Part shown: piece by piece, positions 19,701-26,051 of the stretch
Layout of the letters: every line of letters starts with the position of its first letter
How positions within the stretch are numbered: the first letter of the stretch is position 1
Assembly (NCBI GenBank): GCA_038150305.1
Contig: JAYOTG010000007.1
Coordinates: 4,230-68,229, forward strand
Source of the DNA: Candidatus Poseidoniales archaeon
GTDB taxonomy: Archaea > Thermoplasmatota > Poseidoniia > Poseidoniales > Poseidoniaceae
Reading direction: 5' to 3'
Length of the DNA stretch: 64,000 nt
Program-made: the position numbers and the translations under genes
Notes under the pieces: generated by a model
The model's input: the letters and a program-made list of their open reading frames with translations, nothing else
What the model was told of the DNA's origin: nothing
Database searches by the model: none

Positions 19701-20389
19701 TCGAAGTGGTCGAGAACTACGACGCGACCCTGTGGGAGATCACGCCCGCCTCCAGCACCATCACCGTGGCGGCTGGAGACACGCGTACGCAGGCGTTCAA
19801 CGTCCGTTCTGACGCGAGCTTCACCACCGGTGAACTGGAAGTGACCATTGGCGTCTCCGAGGTCGGCGGAAGCAGCACGAGCCTGCAGATGACCGTGGTG
19901 AACGCGGCCATCGTCCTCAGTGTCGACCAAGACCTGGCGGTGCAGGAATCGGACAACACCGCTGAGCAAGAATCGACGATCGTGGTCATCCCCGTGACCA
20001 ACAGCGGTGAGCGCGATGCGGAGAATTCCGTCATCGTCTACGCCCGTCAACAAGGTGTGGACAAACCATACGAGGCGGTCACGCTGACCGTGCCTGGCGG
20101 TGAAACCGTCAACGCGGAATTCGATGTCGGTTCCATGACCAACGGCAACAAGCGGTTTGAGTTCTACCTCGAGGTGACGGGCGACGATGCTGAGTTTGCC
20201 ACGATTGAGGCCGATTCTGACGGAACTGGAGACGAACCTATCGACTTCCAAATCCGGTTCAACATCGAAACCAACACGGACAACACCGGTGTGGGACAAA
20301 CCGTCCTTGCGCTGCTTGTCATCGCGTTCGTCGGTCTCGTCGTGTGGGGCGGTCTCAGCCTCTCTCGCTCTGGAAGCCGTCGGTTCTGA
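10790..20389 (+). CDS. aglB: Giant (3,199 aa) archaeal oligosaccharyltransferase AglB/STT3 fused to an N-terminal extra TM domain and a ~1,900-aa C-terminal array of beta-sandwich modules ending in a TM anchor
   Basis: One uninterrupted ORF. STT3 motifs: SDPWYMKR (D405, nt 12002-12022), WANADHDAF (aa 516-524, nt 12335-12361) and WWDYG (aa 953-957, nt 13646-13660), the last followed by SDNFQSG. About 370 aa of extra hydrophobic helices lie upstream. At least 10 CarboxypepD_reg-like repeats follow (for example DEEGRYSFLAPAGHIRV, DENGSFSQGPIPSGEYYYRV, TDGGFVFNLPAGTYDISV). CARDB-like segments are TTLTNNGNGDATFTFEVV and VIPVTNSGERDAENSVIVY. The terminal TM is VLALLVIAFVGLVVWGGLSL followed by SRSGSRRF. 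Confidence 0.85.
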   Translation: MTTTNETTVSSKTSLGLLLAPIAVLLAMLTDQIGGFGLGFENDLYPLLFVAAGAMLGRVPSLLAEREVLPASTSTLSLGTILAGAALGFLAVPAVGGSAFVGMLFAINLIGTHVLVSGERSEWATILTFSSVGLLLGMVAAATAGDSGLVTKEYTFEGQTAPTLNEYREAIAFVFFNVWIMFSVLGALVAVLARGTIDEPGKGWFGHLSEFDGPWDRSSLPLQVGLLTWFIAHALTMVQFHQVELHDRLALTGVEGYMGHFSVWAAVLTGFVALAVASMAAERWYTRAMTLGSMWVYYLVAAAYEMGMWGDVENESSMAPVVWFGVTFFIGLAIYSISTNKSWGGWSNRSEDAQSGARAFWSAHWSQVMIASAFIMAFVVRSQWYVIPAMNGYGTGDWDLTGGSDPWYMKRVVDYIIMQNAHLVFDADRFYPLGGINPRPPLFVWSIALLAMVLEPFLATPQDAVWWAMVSIPAIFGALTVFPVAAIARDHVSKPAAVIAAWLIAMMPGHISRSTWANADHDAFVMFFMALGFMWFLRAMAAGGDERLTRTTDARPSTVLRAFGDVAMHRRFAVVNAALAGVAFGVVALGWKGFVVAPSILFVGYVYIVATNMFRNKDSTTLNMLMLTMLGTTLLLAMPFYAYPGMDLVFSGTGLQPLLFVLGFTMAIAYVTTGFRDKPWLLVLGSLTGAAVAFVAIIWLLQFFEQSNAFNVLFTGAGYFTKTKIFGTVAEANAPDRGMLFASFGPIVFILALSMGIIALWRGTRQRRHEHVFMATWILLAIFMSWTAARFIFNATPAMAVLGAWGAVGLWSWSGTKEMTRKMRRMGVRTPADRIASARKAVWRTPQFSAIMLVMIMLGGQHMTYGLDAGIPGTSPAEDDIDETLYNVVPDVLRWDVAGFSFLNPTAYDDGGMRYLGAFGSSFNQQGWNDAYAWLAAQDVDESYSEKPAFVSWWDYGFQALTSGDHPSVSDNFQSGIPATGNMLLARGEADLAAMWFWQLGEGDRTYAAGHGYDSTFTPPFDAVLKDHLSDAQYAALIDINDGTEYRDETRVIDGQERELSLPVEVLDAAFRVTQTNRDTIMTEGHKLNDDGTTSDDVRWRLWKDGEILACAESLASSCDGTDFLTQEDANRTFNNNVRLTSDTTFEVTHYVFGNYWYTADLAEEFNSVSTHIHRSNARLAMTVQLLVNGLTEAQVMDLYTDIIGLEGAYSVQDYHGAPGEMVDRDHEIRYFAVDNRLYPRAGRYTADAQYNAGQPMGIFAAPTILSGQDPTTFMTEVYETQRGAFTDEMTREEVDEAIRQDVLNQQAGAEIDPVQIIDVRADHTAQFFDTMVARTYVGYGASTLGVDSDGSNPQPAQHFGQSGSPGTFMAQALPLPGAMMNHFVLANYNDDDNAENGYGQANSMVKILKFYPGAEMTGQVTFADDGQPLENVRLLVERDAFSGESGEDLDADTYWIPIGFVDTDEEGRYSFLAPAGHIRVSAFIGEYDPSSARNAIQDGSFTENLGDVLTEYNEDRTINEITAVLGQVANMTWVGETHLNVSADEANRVQALDRTADLAVASSGVSGIVTWTGDESFAGEPLVDTTFILRDIWSYTENHTVVTNNGSFTTEETRILQGTGEVTFTENGTFESDGVAVAREFTGTYTRQLNGDRIHTANGTWTGRGIIEGWVSEDDLANVSDCLDNNAMTPGNTSVCTMTGAENASKYLFEGTVTASGRVETLSPTVVVRDVQGQTFEGAGVFEGVGTLNGTGLFAGQGDFSGPMVQPGSFYKTGLLPGVYNMFAVLPNGRQVLLPDPVTVGVEASYDVEMTMPGAVFADVLEDMEGNVLPDTIIELVDTVLGLDEAVTIVTDENGSFSQGPIPSGEYYYRVDVDHDGWYEINATFSVQDEPENITLAYPVPPMTDVTIQLEAPFGGDGQPTVDVVNRTVTLTNNLPDSGLEPYVAVSDENGVLYAEVPMGSYTISDDADEEHLLLALLDVEEDDITTTLTYAVSTWLNGSVAAPFGADNGYEAWLATEERPTEAATQVEVVARGAGDLTFTANTGDDGVFAMRVPVDESYSLTMTKATVNYGYGTVVNVTEGMDDLSIVLEPIEFISGALYHIDNSTFWNDAIPGWMPVEMTATSTDGVVWESVSNTDGGFVFNLPAGTYDISVVDDVLYNATSDDDVVVVRNPEFVLEPASLYLNPGGHAMTFHVFQDVAGDGNASNGSTVTPAFSLVPTTEHGALLNVTADMYAANGTLTLDMPIGTYTIEFAEQDVASENASEYALVPASPLSAIVIGIPEPIETIDVGLVDEWRMNGTVTDANGSALRPQGDSVLLVSTDGEDYRNVAVDENGTFADYVPSGDWIAVIGAFEGEDATEILRQALTVSENSARTDVSLATVEAADVNLHLREALSEDNLSGFRMTLVSADGLGNVSLDLTDEDGLVAEPMMPGTWSVHMERDDVQDRWTLDTSAAPFTLVEGEEKNITDLYADHEVEIGGRLYWDLDDDDTPDANEGVEGVLMNVTSLDGTTFTSNVTSDENGVWQLFVPVRTSYVVEGSKLGFADVAYDLDGNGLYVVNDSAMSEDLEVSVGLVDVSGAITDAVDATRLDGASVVLQPASGLARDAVTVDSTSFDGTTLTWDAQVEPGAWVVIVREASPGENNGAVAIGLLDASVGSGGHLDQTMVLGGYVDLQTSWTAIDLVQHHLGSASAGASMISEAPTVTVELDDDVSWDITVNDDGALSMLVPSGRVSFSADMVTVQHELDLNMSYEGSNFTTVSADRQQMFLILDRRADRDLVVEVGTVDADTVESYTDDAGGVDIQAKQDGDHEHTAVELTVDVTYDGTEYEDVYTASGNAGNAPDASDWSVEFWNATEEAWQSTLEVRLGIGEDASTDDVPMSATLKVRITLPDQNTSLSLQNGHSVNVMLTAETGEFTERSMTVRVPVIRGFDVEAVDERVGIGSDDVQTLTTTLTNNGNGDATFTFEVVENYDATLWEITPASSTITVAAGDTRTQAFNVRSDASFTTGELEVTIGVSEVGGSSTSLQMTVVNAAIVLSVDQDLAVQESDNTAEQESTIVVIPVTNSGERDAENSVIVYARQQGVDKPYEAVTLTVPGGETVNAEFDVGSMTNGNKRFEFYLEVTGDDAEFATIEADSDGTGDEPIDFQIRFNIETNTDNTGVGQTVLALLVIAFVGLVVWGGLSLSRSGSRRF
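15175..19015 (+). repeat. Protein-level tandem array of carboxypeptidase-regulatory-like / Ig-like beta-sandwich modules inside aglB
   Basis: The signature D-[ETD]-[NDE]-G-x-[FWLV]...[VP]-P-x-G-x-[YW] recurs at least 10 times, at about nt 15175, 16340, 16630, 16920, 17200, 17500, 17790, 18060, 18360 and 18960. The copies are divergent at the DNA level and are not a DNA tandem repeat. Confidence 0.6.
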
Positions 20390-20423
20390 CCTCCAACAGG
20401 CCTTCAAATGCGGAGGTCGTGTT

Positions 20424-21608
20424 ATGGGAGCCGTGAGGCCGTCAGCCCTGGATGGCATGGAATTCCTCCCTGAGCCTGGGGAGCCACGCATCCTGACCGC
20501 CGTCGATCCTTCAGCGGTCCAGCACGAAGCCGCATGGCGCTCCGAAGTGATGGGCTGGGCGCCGAGCGTCGTGACCGCTGTCCCTCACCGTCGGCGACGC
20601 GTGGCCCGCTCTTCCCTCGGCCTCGTGGTGCTGCTCATCATGGTCGGTTTGATTGCGAGCCAGGGCTGGTTTCTCGTCGAGATTCCGCTCGGGGATTCCG
20701 AGTGGGCGTTCGACAACACCGGCTTGCGGGACCTCTCGGACGAAGAACTGGACGGCACGGGGGTTCGTGTCTGTGTGGTTGACACCGGGATCGATGCTTC
20801 CCATTCGGCCTTTGAAGGCCAAGAGGTGGAGTTCAGGGATTTCATCGGAAGATCAAGCGAACCGCTGGATCGCGGCGCCACCGCTCACGGCACGATGATG
20901 GTCGGGTTGCTCGTTGCAGACGGCCATCAGCAGGGTGCCGTCCAAGGAATCGCCCTCGGGGTCGCAGCAGCCCTCGCTGGCGACAGCGACGGAGAAAACA
21001 CCGGTGACGACGCCATCGTTGCAGAAGCCATCGATTGGTGCCGCACTGGTTTTGATGCTGACCTCATTTCGCTCTCGTTGGGCGGTGAGCGCGTGGAAGG
21101 TCAGCGCGATGTGGTGGTCTCCTCGGTCCGACGGGCACTGGACGCGGGCATTTTCGTCGTCGCAGCAGCGGGCAACGACGGCGGTGCAGACGACGATGGA
21201 AAGGTGGCTTCTCCTGCCTTCCTGCCGCGTGTCATCGCCGTGGGGGCCACCAATGAAACAGGGGCCGTGTGGGAGAATTCCTCCCGTGGAGACGGGACGG
21301 GCGAGCATCCACATCGCAAGCCAGAGGTCACGGCGCCTGGTGTCAATGTCATCTCAACCGGAGCGAACGACGCATGGTACGCCTCCAGCGGCACCTCTGT
21401 GTCGACGGTCCTGGTCAGCGCTGCGCTCGCCATGATCCTCGAAGCTCATCCTGAACTCAAGGTGGACGACGATCGATGCGTGATTCACCTCAAGCATGCG
21501 CTGAGAGACTCACTCGGAACGTCGCATTCCCCGACGGCCGGGTACGGCGAATTAGACGCCATGGCGTGGTTCAACGCGGTCGATTCGAGCTGTCCAGAAG
21601 CGCTCTGA
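20424..21608 (+). CDS. Membrane-anchored subtilisin-like serine protease (peptidase S8)
   Basis: Catalytic-triad contexts are VCVVDTGIDASHSAF (Asp), HGTMMVGLL (His) and SGTSVSTVLVSAALAMI (Ser). An N-terminal TM SSLGLVVLLIMVGLIASQGWFLV lies about 45 aa before the catalytic Asp. The track ORF start 20187 overlaps aglB in another frame, so I used ATG 20424, 34 nt after the aglB stop. Confidence 0.85.
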   Translation: MGAVRPSALDGMEFLPEPGEPRILTAVDPSAVQHEAAWRSEVMGWAPSVVTAVPHRRRRVARSSLGLVVLLIMVGLIASQGWFLVEIPLGDSEWAFDNTGLRDLSDEELDGTGVRVCVVDTGIDASHSAFEGQEVEFRDFIGRSSEPLDRGATAHGTMMVGLLVADGHQQGAVQGIALGVAAALAGDSDGENTGDDAIVAEAIDWCRTGFDADLISLSLGGERVEGQRDVVVSSVRRALDAGIFVVAAAGNDGGADDDGKVASPAFLPRVIAVGATNETGAVWENSSRGDGTGEHPHRKPEVTAPGVNVISTGANDAWYASSGTSVSTVLVSAALAMILEAHPELKVDDDRCVIHLKHALRDSLGTSHSPTAGYGELDAMAWFNAVDSSCPEAL

Positions 21609-21675
21609 TGGGTAAATTCCGTGATACATAAGGCAAAGATTTGACACAAAAAGCGGCACAAAACGGCCCACAGCG

Positions 21676-21681
21676 TTATAT
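21676..21681 (+). promoter_or_regulatory. Candidate TATA box (TTATAT) in an AT-rich island preceding the beta-helix surface-protein gene
   Basis: The intergenic region 21609-21701 is conspicuously AT-rich for this genome (gtgatacataaggcaaagatttgacacaaaaagc...gcgTTATATgtc). The TATA centre is about 24 nt from ATG 21702 and about 36 nt from ATG 21714, so the mRNA would be leaderless or nearly so. Confidence 0.4.
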
Positions 21682-21701
21682 GTCGTCCGAATCAGCAGAA
21701 C

Positions 21702-24700
21702 ATGGTGGATACCATGTCTGGACGGCGACCCCTGAGCAGCATTTCACTCGTCACCCTCCTTCTCATGTCCCTCATGGTCGGCATGGTGACGGTCCCGACC
21801 GTGTCTGCCAACAACGAGACCAAAAACGGAGTGGTCGTTGGAACGGAAACCTGGTCCGGAACGCACACCTTGACCGGTGACGTCGAGGTCGCGGAAGGTG
21901 CCAAGCTGATCATCAACGCCGGCACGACCGTCAACGTCCCCGCGGGTTACTTCATCAACGTCAAGGGCGCCATCTGCGCGGGTGATGCGGCGTGCGGTGC
22001 GACGCAAGGGAGCCAGAGTTCTCCGGTGCGCTTTTTGTGGGGCACGCCTTCCAACTGGTCTGCGGAAGGCCGCTGTTATTCCCCCAACTCTCAAGTGCCC
22101 TTGTACAACACGGACGCCGCCTGTGGCGGTGGCGTGATTGTCCGGGACACCATCGACGAAGCGATCACCAGCTTCAACTTCGTTCATTTCGAGAAGGCCT
22201 ACGGATTCCCGATCTACTCGGCGAACGCGCAGAAGTACCTCTTCGGAGCGCTCATTTTTGACGGTTCGAACGTGAACGCAAACGGACTCTCGTTCTCCGA
22301 CATCAACACGAGTAACGTCATCGCGGTCAACGCGGCTTCGCCCATCATCACGGATTCCGACTTTGCCTTGGGCGTTGACGAGCAGTCCTACAAGGCTGCG
22401 GCGATTCAAGCCTATGGTGCTGGTCTTGGCATCCTCTCGACCATGGAAGTGCGCGGCTCTTCCTTCACCGGTGATACCGAGGCCCAGTGCGGGAACCAGG
22501 GCGGCGGATTTTCGCTGATTTACACCGAGGATTCCTACATTCGTCTGGACAACTTGGACATCGGCGACAACGCTTACGGCGTGTTCATGCGCGGCACGTC
22601 GGGATGGTTGACGAACTCCACGTTCGACACCCTATGCAACGCCATCGACACCAACTCGTTCAAGCAGACCGGTGACATCGAGCACACCCTGTACATCGAC
22701 AACAACGTCATCACGACCGGCGAGGGGGCCGGAATCACCGCCTATGACGGTGCGCGCGTCTCGGCGACGGGCAACACCATCTCTGGTGCCAGCAGCGGTT
22801 CCGGCTTTGGCATTCGTTCGTCCATCGTTGAAATCTACAACAACGACATCGGCCCGATCGAGGGATACAACGGCCTGTGGATTTACGGTTCCTCGGACGT
22901 CATCGCAGAAAACAACACCATCCACGACACCACCTTCGAGCCCGTGGTGCTTGGCGAATACCACTACAAGGACCAAGGCTGGAGCGTTCCCGCCCCAAGT
23001 GCAAACCGGATGTATTTCGCAAACAACATCATTGAGAACAACTCCGGGACCTGCAATTCGAACTACATGTACGGCGGAGACTTCGCCTGCCCCGCCATCC
23101 ACGTGTTCATGGCCAGCGCCACCATCGAAAACAACCGCGTCGCCAACAACATGGGTGACGCCCTGCGCGTGAACGGTGGCATCGTCAACGTCCAGGACAA
23201 CGACATGGAGACTGGGGACTTTGCTGTCCGCATCTTCCAGTTTGACGACAACTACGGCAACAAGTACGGTTCGATTGGGTACTTCTCAGGCAACACGTGG
23301 AACAACGCGACGCAGGTCTACAACGTCACCGAGTCTCGCATTACGGTGCAGTCTGAATTCATCCCAGACGTGGCTTCAGGCTTCCCGGTCATGCTGGCGT
23401 GGGAGGGTGCAGAGTGCCCCTACGTGACCGACGAGTGCCTGCAACTTCCCGTGTCGGCAGAACTGCCACCACGCGACATGCCGTTGGCCATCGAGCTGGT
23501 GTCCAACTCCACGGTGTTCTCGTACGCCGACCTTCAGAACTTCGACACCTCGAAGATCTTCGTGCAGAACCAGAACTCCGAGTGGGGCACGCAGGTTCGG
23601 CAAGGCGAACTGGTCCGGTATCAGGTCAAGGCAGCAGGTTCGAACGTGGCCGACGCCACCGTTGTCATTCGCGATTCGGTGGGCCTCCCACTCTACGAAC
23701 TCGAAACCGATGCCTTCGGATTCACCGACTTCGTGTCGCTGCCCAGCGACTTCCTCATCGACCGCAACTGGAACCACGTCGTCGGCGACACGGCCGTTGA
23801 CGTTCCTGGAACGCCAGAAGTCGAAGCCATCGACGAGAACTCCTGCGCCGACGGGTACGACAACGACGGCGACACAAAGGTCGACACGGCTGATGAGGAT
23901 TGTGCCAACGGACGTGAGCAGGCCTTCTACACGGTCGAGGCCTACAAGTTTGGCAAGGGCGAGAAGACCTTCTCGTTCACCCTGACCGGTGGAATTGACG
24001 ACATCATCAACCTCGACAATTTGCGGCCGAGCGTCGTGGTCGACCAACTTGACGGAGCGTCCTTTGCCACCACGGTCACCCTGACGGGAACCGCATGGGA
24101 CGGCATCGCTGGAAGCGGCAGCCCCGGCGAATACGCATTGGATCAGATCGCCTATGAGAAGCAATTCGGCGTTGTGAAGCGCGTTGAGGTTCAGCCACCC
24201 GGCAGCCAATCGTGGTATTCCGCAACGGACACCTCCGGTGCGAACGGTGAAATCACCCGCGACAACCACCCCTTCAAGACCTGGTCCTTCGAATGGGACC
24301 TCTCCGGTCACCCTGAGGGTGAGAGCGACGTGACCTTCCGCGTTCGCGCCTTCGACGGGTTGGACACGTCTCCGCAAGAAACCCGCAAGTACAAGCTCAA
24401 CCTCGTTCCTCCGACCCTCATCCTCAACGAACCGCTGGACGGTTCCACCCACAGGAACGGAAAGGTGCTCTTCACTGGCACGGCCACGGACCCATACGTG
24501 GGCGTTCAAGGCTCGGACGTCCAGCAGATCTGGTTCAACATCACCGGTCCCAACGACTACTTCTCGCACCTGTACACCCAGGGCCAGACCGCTTGGGAAT
24601 ACCAGTGGAACTTCGAAGACCTGCCCAGCGGTGAGTACACCTTCGAGGTCTGGGCCGCCGACTCCGACTTCTGCATCGACTGGCCTGACGGCTGCAACGT

Positions 24701-26042
24701 GGAACGTCGCACCCTCATCATCGAGAACGACAACACGCCACCCTTCGTGACCGTTGACGCCTACACGGCCGACGGTGAACTCGTGATCGACGGTGGCATC
24801 CTCCGCGCCAGCGAGGACTCTTACCTCCAGGGTGGCGCGTTGGACAACGACGGCCAAGTGACCCGTGTTGAAGTGCAAGTCCTGGACCTTGCGTCCAGCA
24901 TCTTGATGTCCGACGAGGAACTCATCGTCACGCAATTCCTCTCCAACGGTGCATGGCAGGTGATGTGGGACACCTCCGACTACATCCACGACCAGCAGTA
25001 CGAGATCATCGTGCGCGCCTACGATGGCGAGGATTACTCCGATGAAGTCCGTAAACGCATCCGCATTGACAACCCCGTTGACCGCGAAAACAACGCACCG
25101 ACCTTCAACGGGCTCGAATGGCCGCAGACCTTGACCATCTTCTGCGACAAGAACTCGAACAGCATCGACCGTTGTGGTGCGGGTGAGAGCATTGACCTGG
25201 CGGCGTTCTTCAGCGACGCAGACGTGGATTCGACCTTCCTCATCTATGACGTGTTTGACGATCCGGCGACCTTCGAGGACGACGATTACCCTGCGTACAT
25301 CACCATCAACTCACGTGGCGTGGCCACCTACAACCCGATGGACGGCATGGCCCAGACCACGACCGAAATCAGCGAATGGTCCCTCGAGCAAGTCATGTTT
25401 GAGGCCCAGGACGAATACGGCTCCGTGGCCTATTCCTTCCGCGTGAACTTCCTCGTCCGTGCCGTCGAGTTCGACGTCCAGAAGATCAGCAACGAAGAAT
25501 ACCTCGACACCGACGTGCCCGCGACCTTCTCTGGGACCGGTCTCCCCGGATCAACGGTTTCGGTGCGCACCGAAGCCGGTGGAATCCGCTTGAACTCCAC
25601 GCGCGTGCTCTCCGACGGTACGTGGACCATGGACGTCACGCTGACGCAACTCAACAGCGACCAGGCCACGAAGATCTACTTCGAGATGGACGGTCAAGAC
25701 AGCAGTTCACAGTACACCATCACACCCGCTTCCGCGGCGCAGGGCGGTCTCTCGATGATCTGGATCATTGTCGGTGCCCTGTTGGCCGTGGTGGTCCTTG
25801 CCGGTGTCGTTTTGACCTTCTTCGTGGAATACGAGGAGTTCGAGGAAGAAGCCGACGCGTCAACGGCACAGGTGGAGGAAGACCCCTACGCGTGGGCCAA
25901 GAAGGCGGCGCCTGAAATTCCTGCCCAGCAGGAGACTCAAGCAGCGGCGCCAGCAGCGAGCTCCCAACATCCGGGTTGGCTTTGGGATGCGGCAACGAAC
26001 CAGTGGGTCCCGGACCCCGATTACGTGCCGTCCACCGAGTGA
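21702..26042 (+). CDS. Giant (1,446 aa) surface protein: signal peptide, right-handed parallel beta-helix (PbH1/NosD-like) repeats, Ig-like modules, C-terminal TM and acidic Trp-rich tail
   Basis: Signal/anchor LSSISLVTLLLMSLMVGMVTVPTVSA. Beta-helix style repeats include YIDNNVITTGEGAGITAYDGARVSATGNTISGASSGSGFGIRSSIVEIYNNDI, AENNTIHD, ANNIIENN and IENNRVANNMGDALRVNGGIVNVQDNDM. A Cys-flanked DNDGD motif reads CADGYDNDGDTKVDTADEDC. The TM is LSMIWIIVGALLAVVVLAGVVLTFF. An alternative start is ATG 21714. Confidence 0.85.
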   Translation: MVDTMSGRRPLSSISLVTLLLMSLMVGMVTVPTVSANNETKNGVVVGTETWSGTHTLTGDVEVAEGAKLIINAGTTVNVPAGYFINVKGAICAGDAACGATQGSQSSPVRFLWGTPSNWSAEGRCYSPNSQVPLYNTDAACGGGVIVRDTIDEAITSFNFVHFEKAYGFPIYSANAQKYLFGALIFDGSNVNANGLSFSDINTSNVIAVNAASPIITDSDFALGVDEQSYKAAAIQAYGAGLGILSTMEVRGSSFTGDTEAQCGNQGGGFSLIYTEDSYIRLDNLDIGDNAYGVFMRGTSGWLTNSTFDTLCNAIDTNSFKQTGDIEHTLYIDNNVITTGEGAGITAYDGARVSATGNTISGASSGSGFGIRSSIVEIYNNDIGPIEGYNGLWIYGSSDVIAENNTIHDTTFEPVVLGEYHYKDQGWSVPAPSANRMYFANNIIENNSGTCNSNYMYGGDFACPAIHVFMASATIENNRVANNMGDALRVNGGIVNVQDNDMETGDFAVRIFQFDDNYGNKYGSIGYFSGNTWNNATQVYNVTESRITVQSEFIPDVASGFPVMLAWEGAECPYVTDECLQLPVSAELPPRDMPLAIELVSNSTVFSYADLQNFDTSKIFVQNQNSEWGTQVRQGELVRYQVKAAGSNVADATVVIRDSVGLPLYELETDAFGFTDFVSLPSDFLIDRNWNHVVGDTAVDVPGTPEVEAIDENSCADGYDNDGDTKVDTADEDCANGREQAFYTVEAYKFGKGEKTFSFTLTGGIDDIINLDNLRPSVVVDQLDGASFATTVTLTGTAWDGIAGSGSPGEYALDQIAYEKQFGVVKRVEVQPPGSQSWYSATDTSGANGEITRDNHPFKTWSFEWDLSGHPEGESDVTFRVRAFDGLDTSPQETRKYKLNLVPPTLILNEPLDGSTHRNGKVLFTGTATDPYVGVQGSDVQQIWFNITGPNDYFSHLYTQGQTAWEYQWNFEDLPSGEYTFEVWAADSDFCIDWPDGCNVERRTLIIENDNTPPFVTVDAYTADGELVIDGGILRASEDSYLQGGALDNDGQVTRVEVQVLDLASSILMSDEELIVTQFLSNGAWQVMWDTSDYIHDQQYEIIVRAYDGEDYSDEVRKRIRIDNPVDRENNAPTFNGLEWPQTLTIFCDKNSNSIDRCGAGESIDLAAFFSDADVDSTFLIYDVFDDPATFEDDDYPAYITINSRGVATYNPMDGMAQTTTEISEWSLEQVMFEAQDEYGSVAYSFRVNFLVRAVEFDVQKISNEEYLDTDVPATFSGTGLPGSTVSVRTEAGGIRLNSTRVLSDGTWTMDVTLTQLNSDQATKIYFEMDGQDSSSQYTITPASAAQGGLSMIWIIVGALLAVVVLAGVVLTFFVEYEEFEEEADASTAQVEEDPYAWAKKAAPEIPAQQETQAAAPAASSQHPGWLWDAATNQWVPDPDYVPSTE

Positions 26043-26051
26043 GGGCGAACC

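Noticed and set aside
20187-20423. Possible frameshifted pseudogene or fusion between the aglB 3' end and the subtilase
   Set aside because: The overlap is in a different frame. aglB ends with a clean TM helix, basic tail and stop, and the subtilase has its own ATG 34 nt downstream. No disruption is evident.
10820-20491. Long minus-strand ORFs antisense to aglB (10820..11938, 11999..13567, 13643..14554, 15260..17464, 19082..20491; up to 734 aa)
   Set aside because: They are Arg/His/Gly/Val-rich with no motifs, and they lie antisense to a gene with clear STT3 motifs and coherent repeats. This is the typical open-antisense-frame artefact of high-GC coding DNA.
23376-24989. 537-aa minus-strand ORF inside the beta-helix giant gene. 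Similar cases are 41970..43478, 43752..44963 and 59828..61093 (+), the last antisense to gltX/rnhB
   Set aside because: They are antisense to genes with strong motif support. They show no start context, no motifs and a biased composition.
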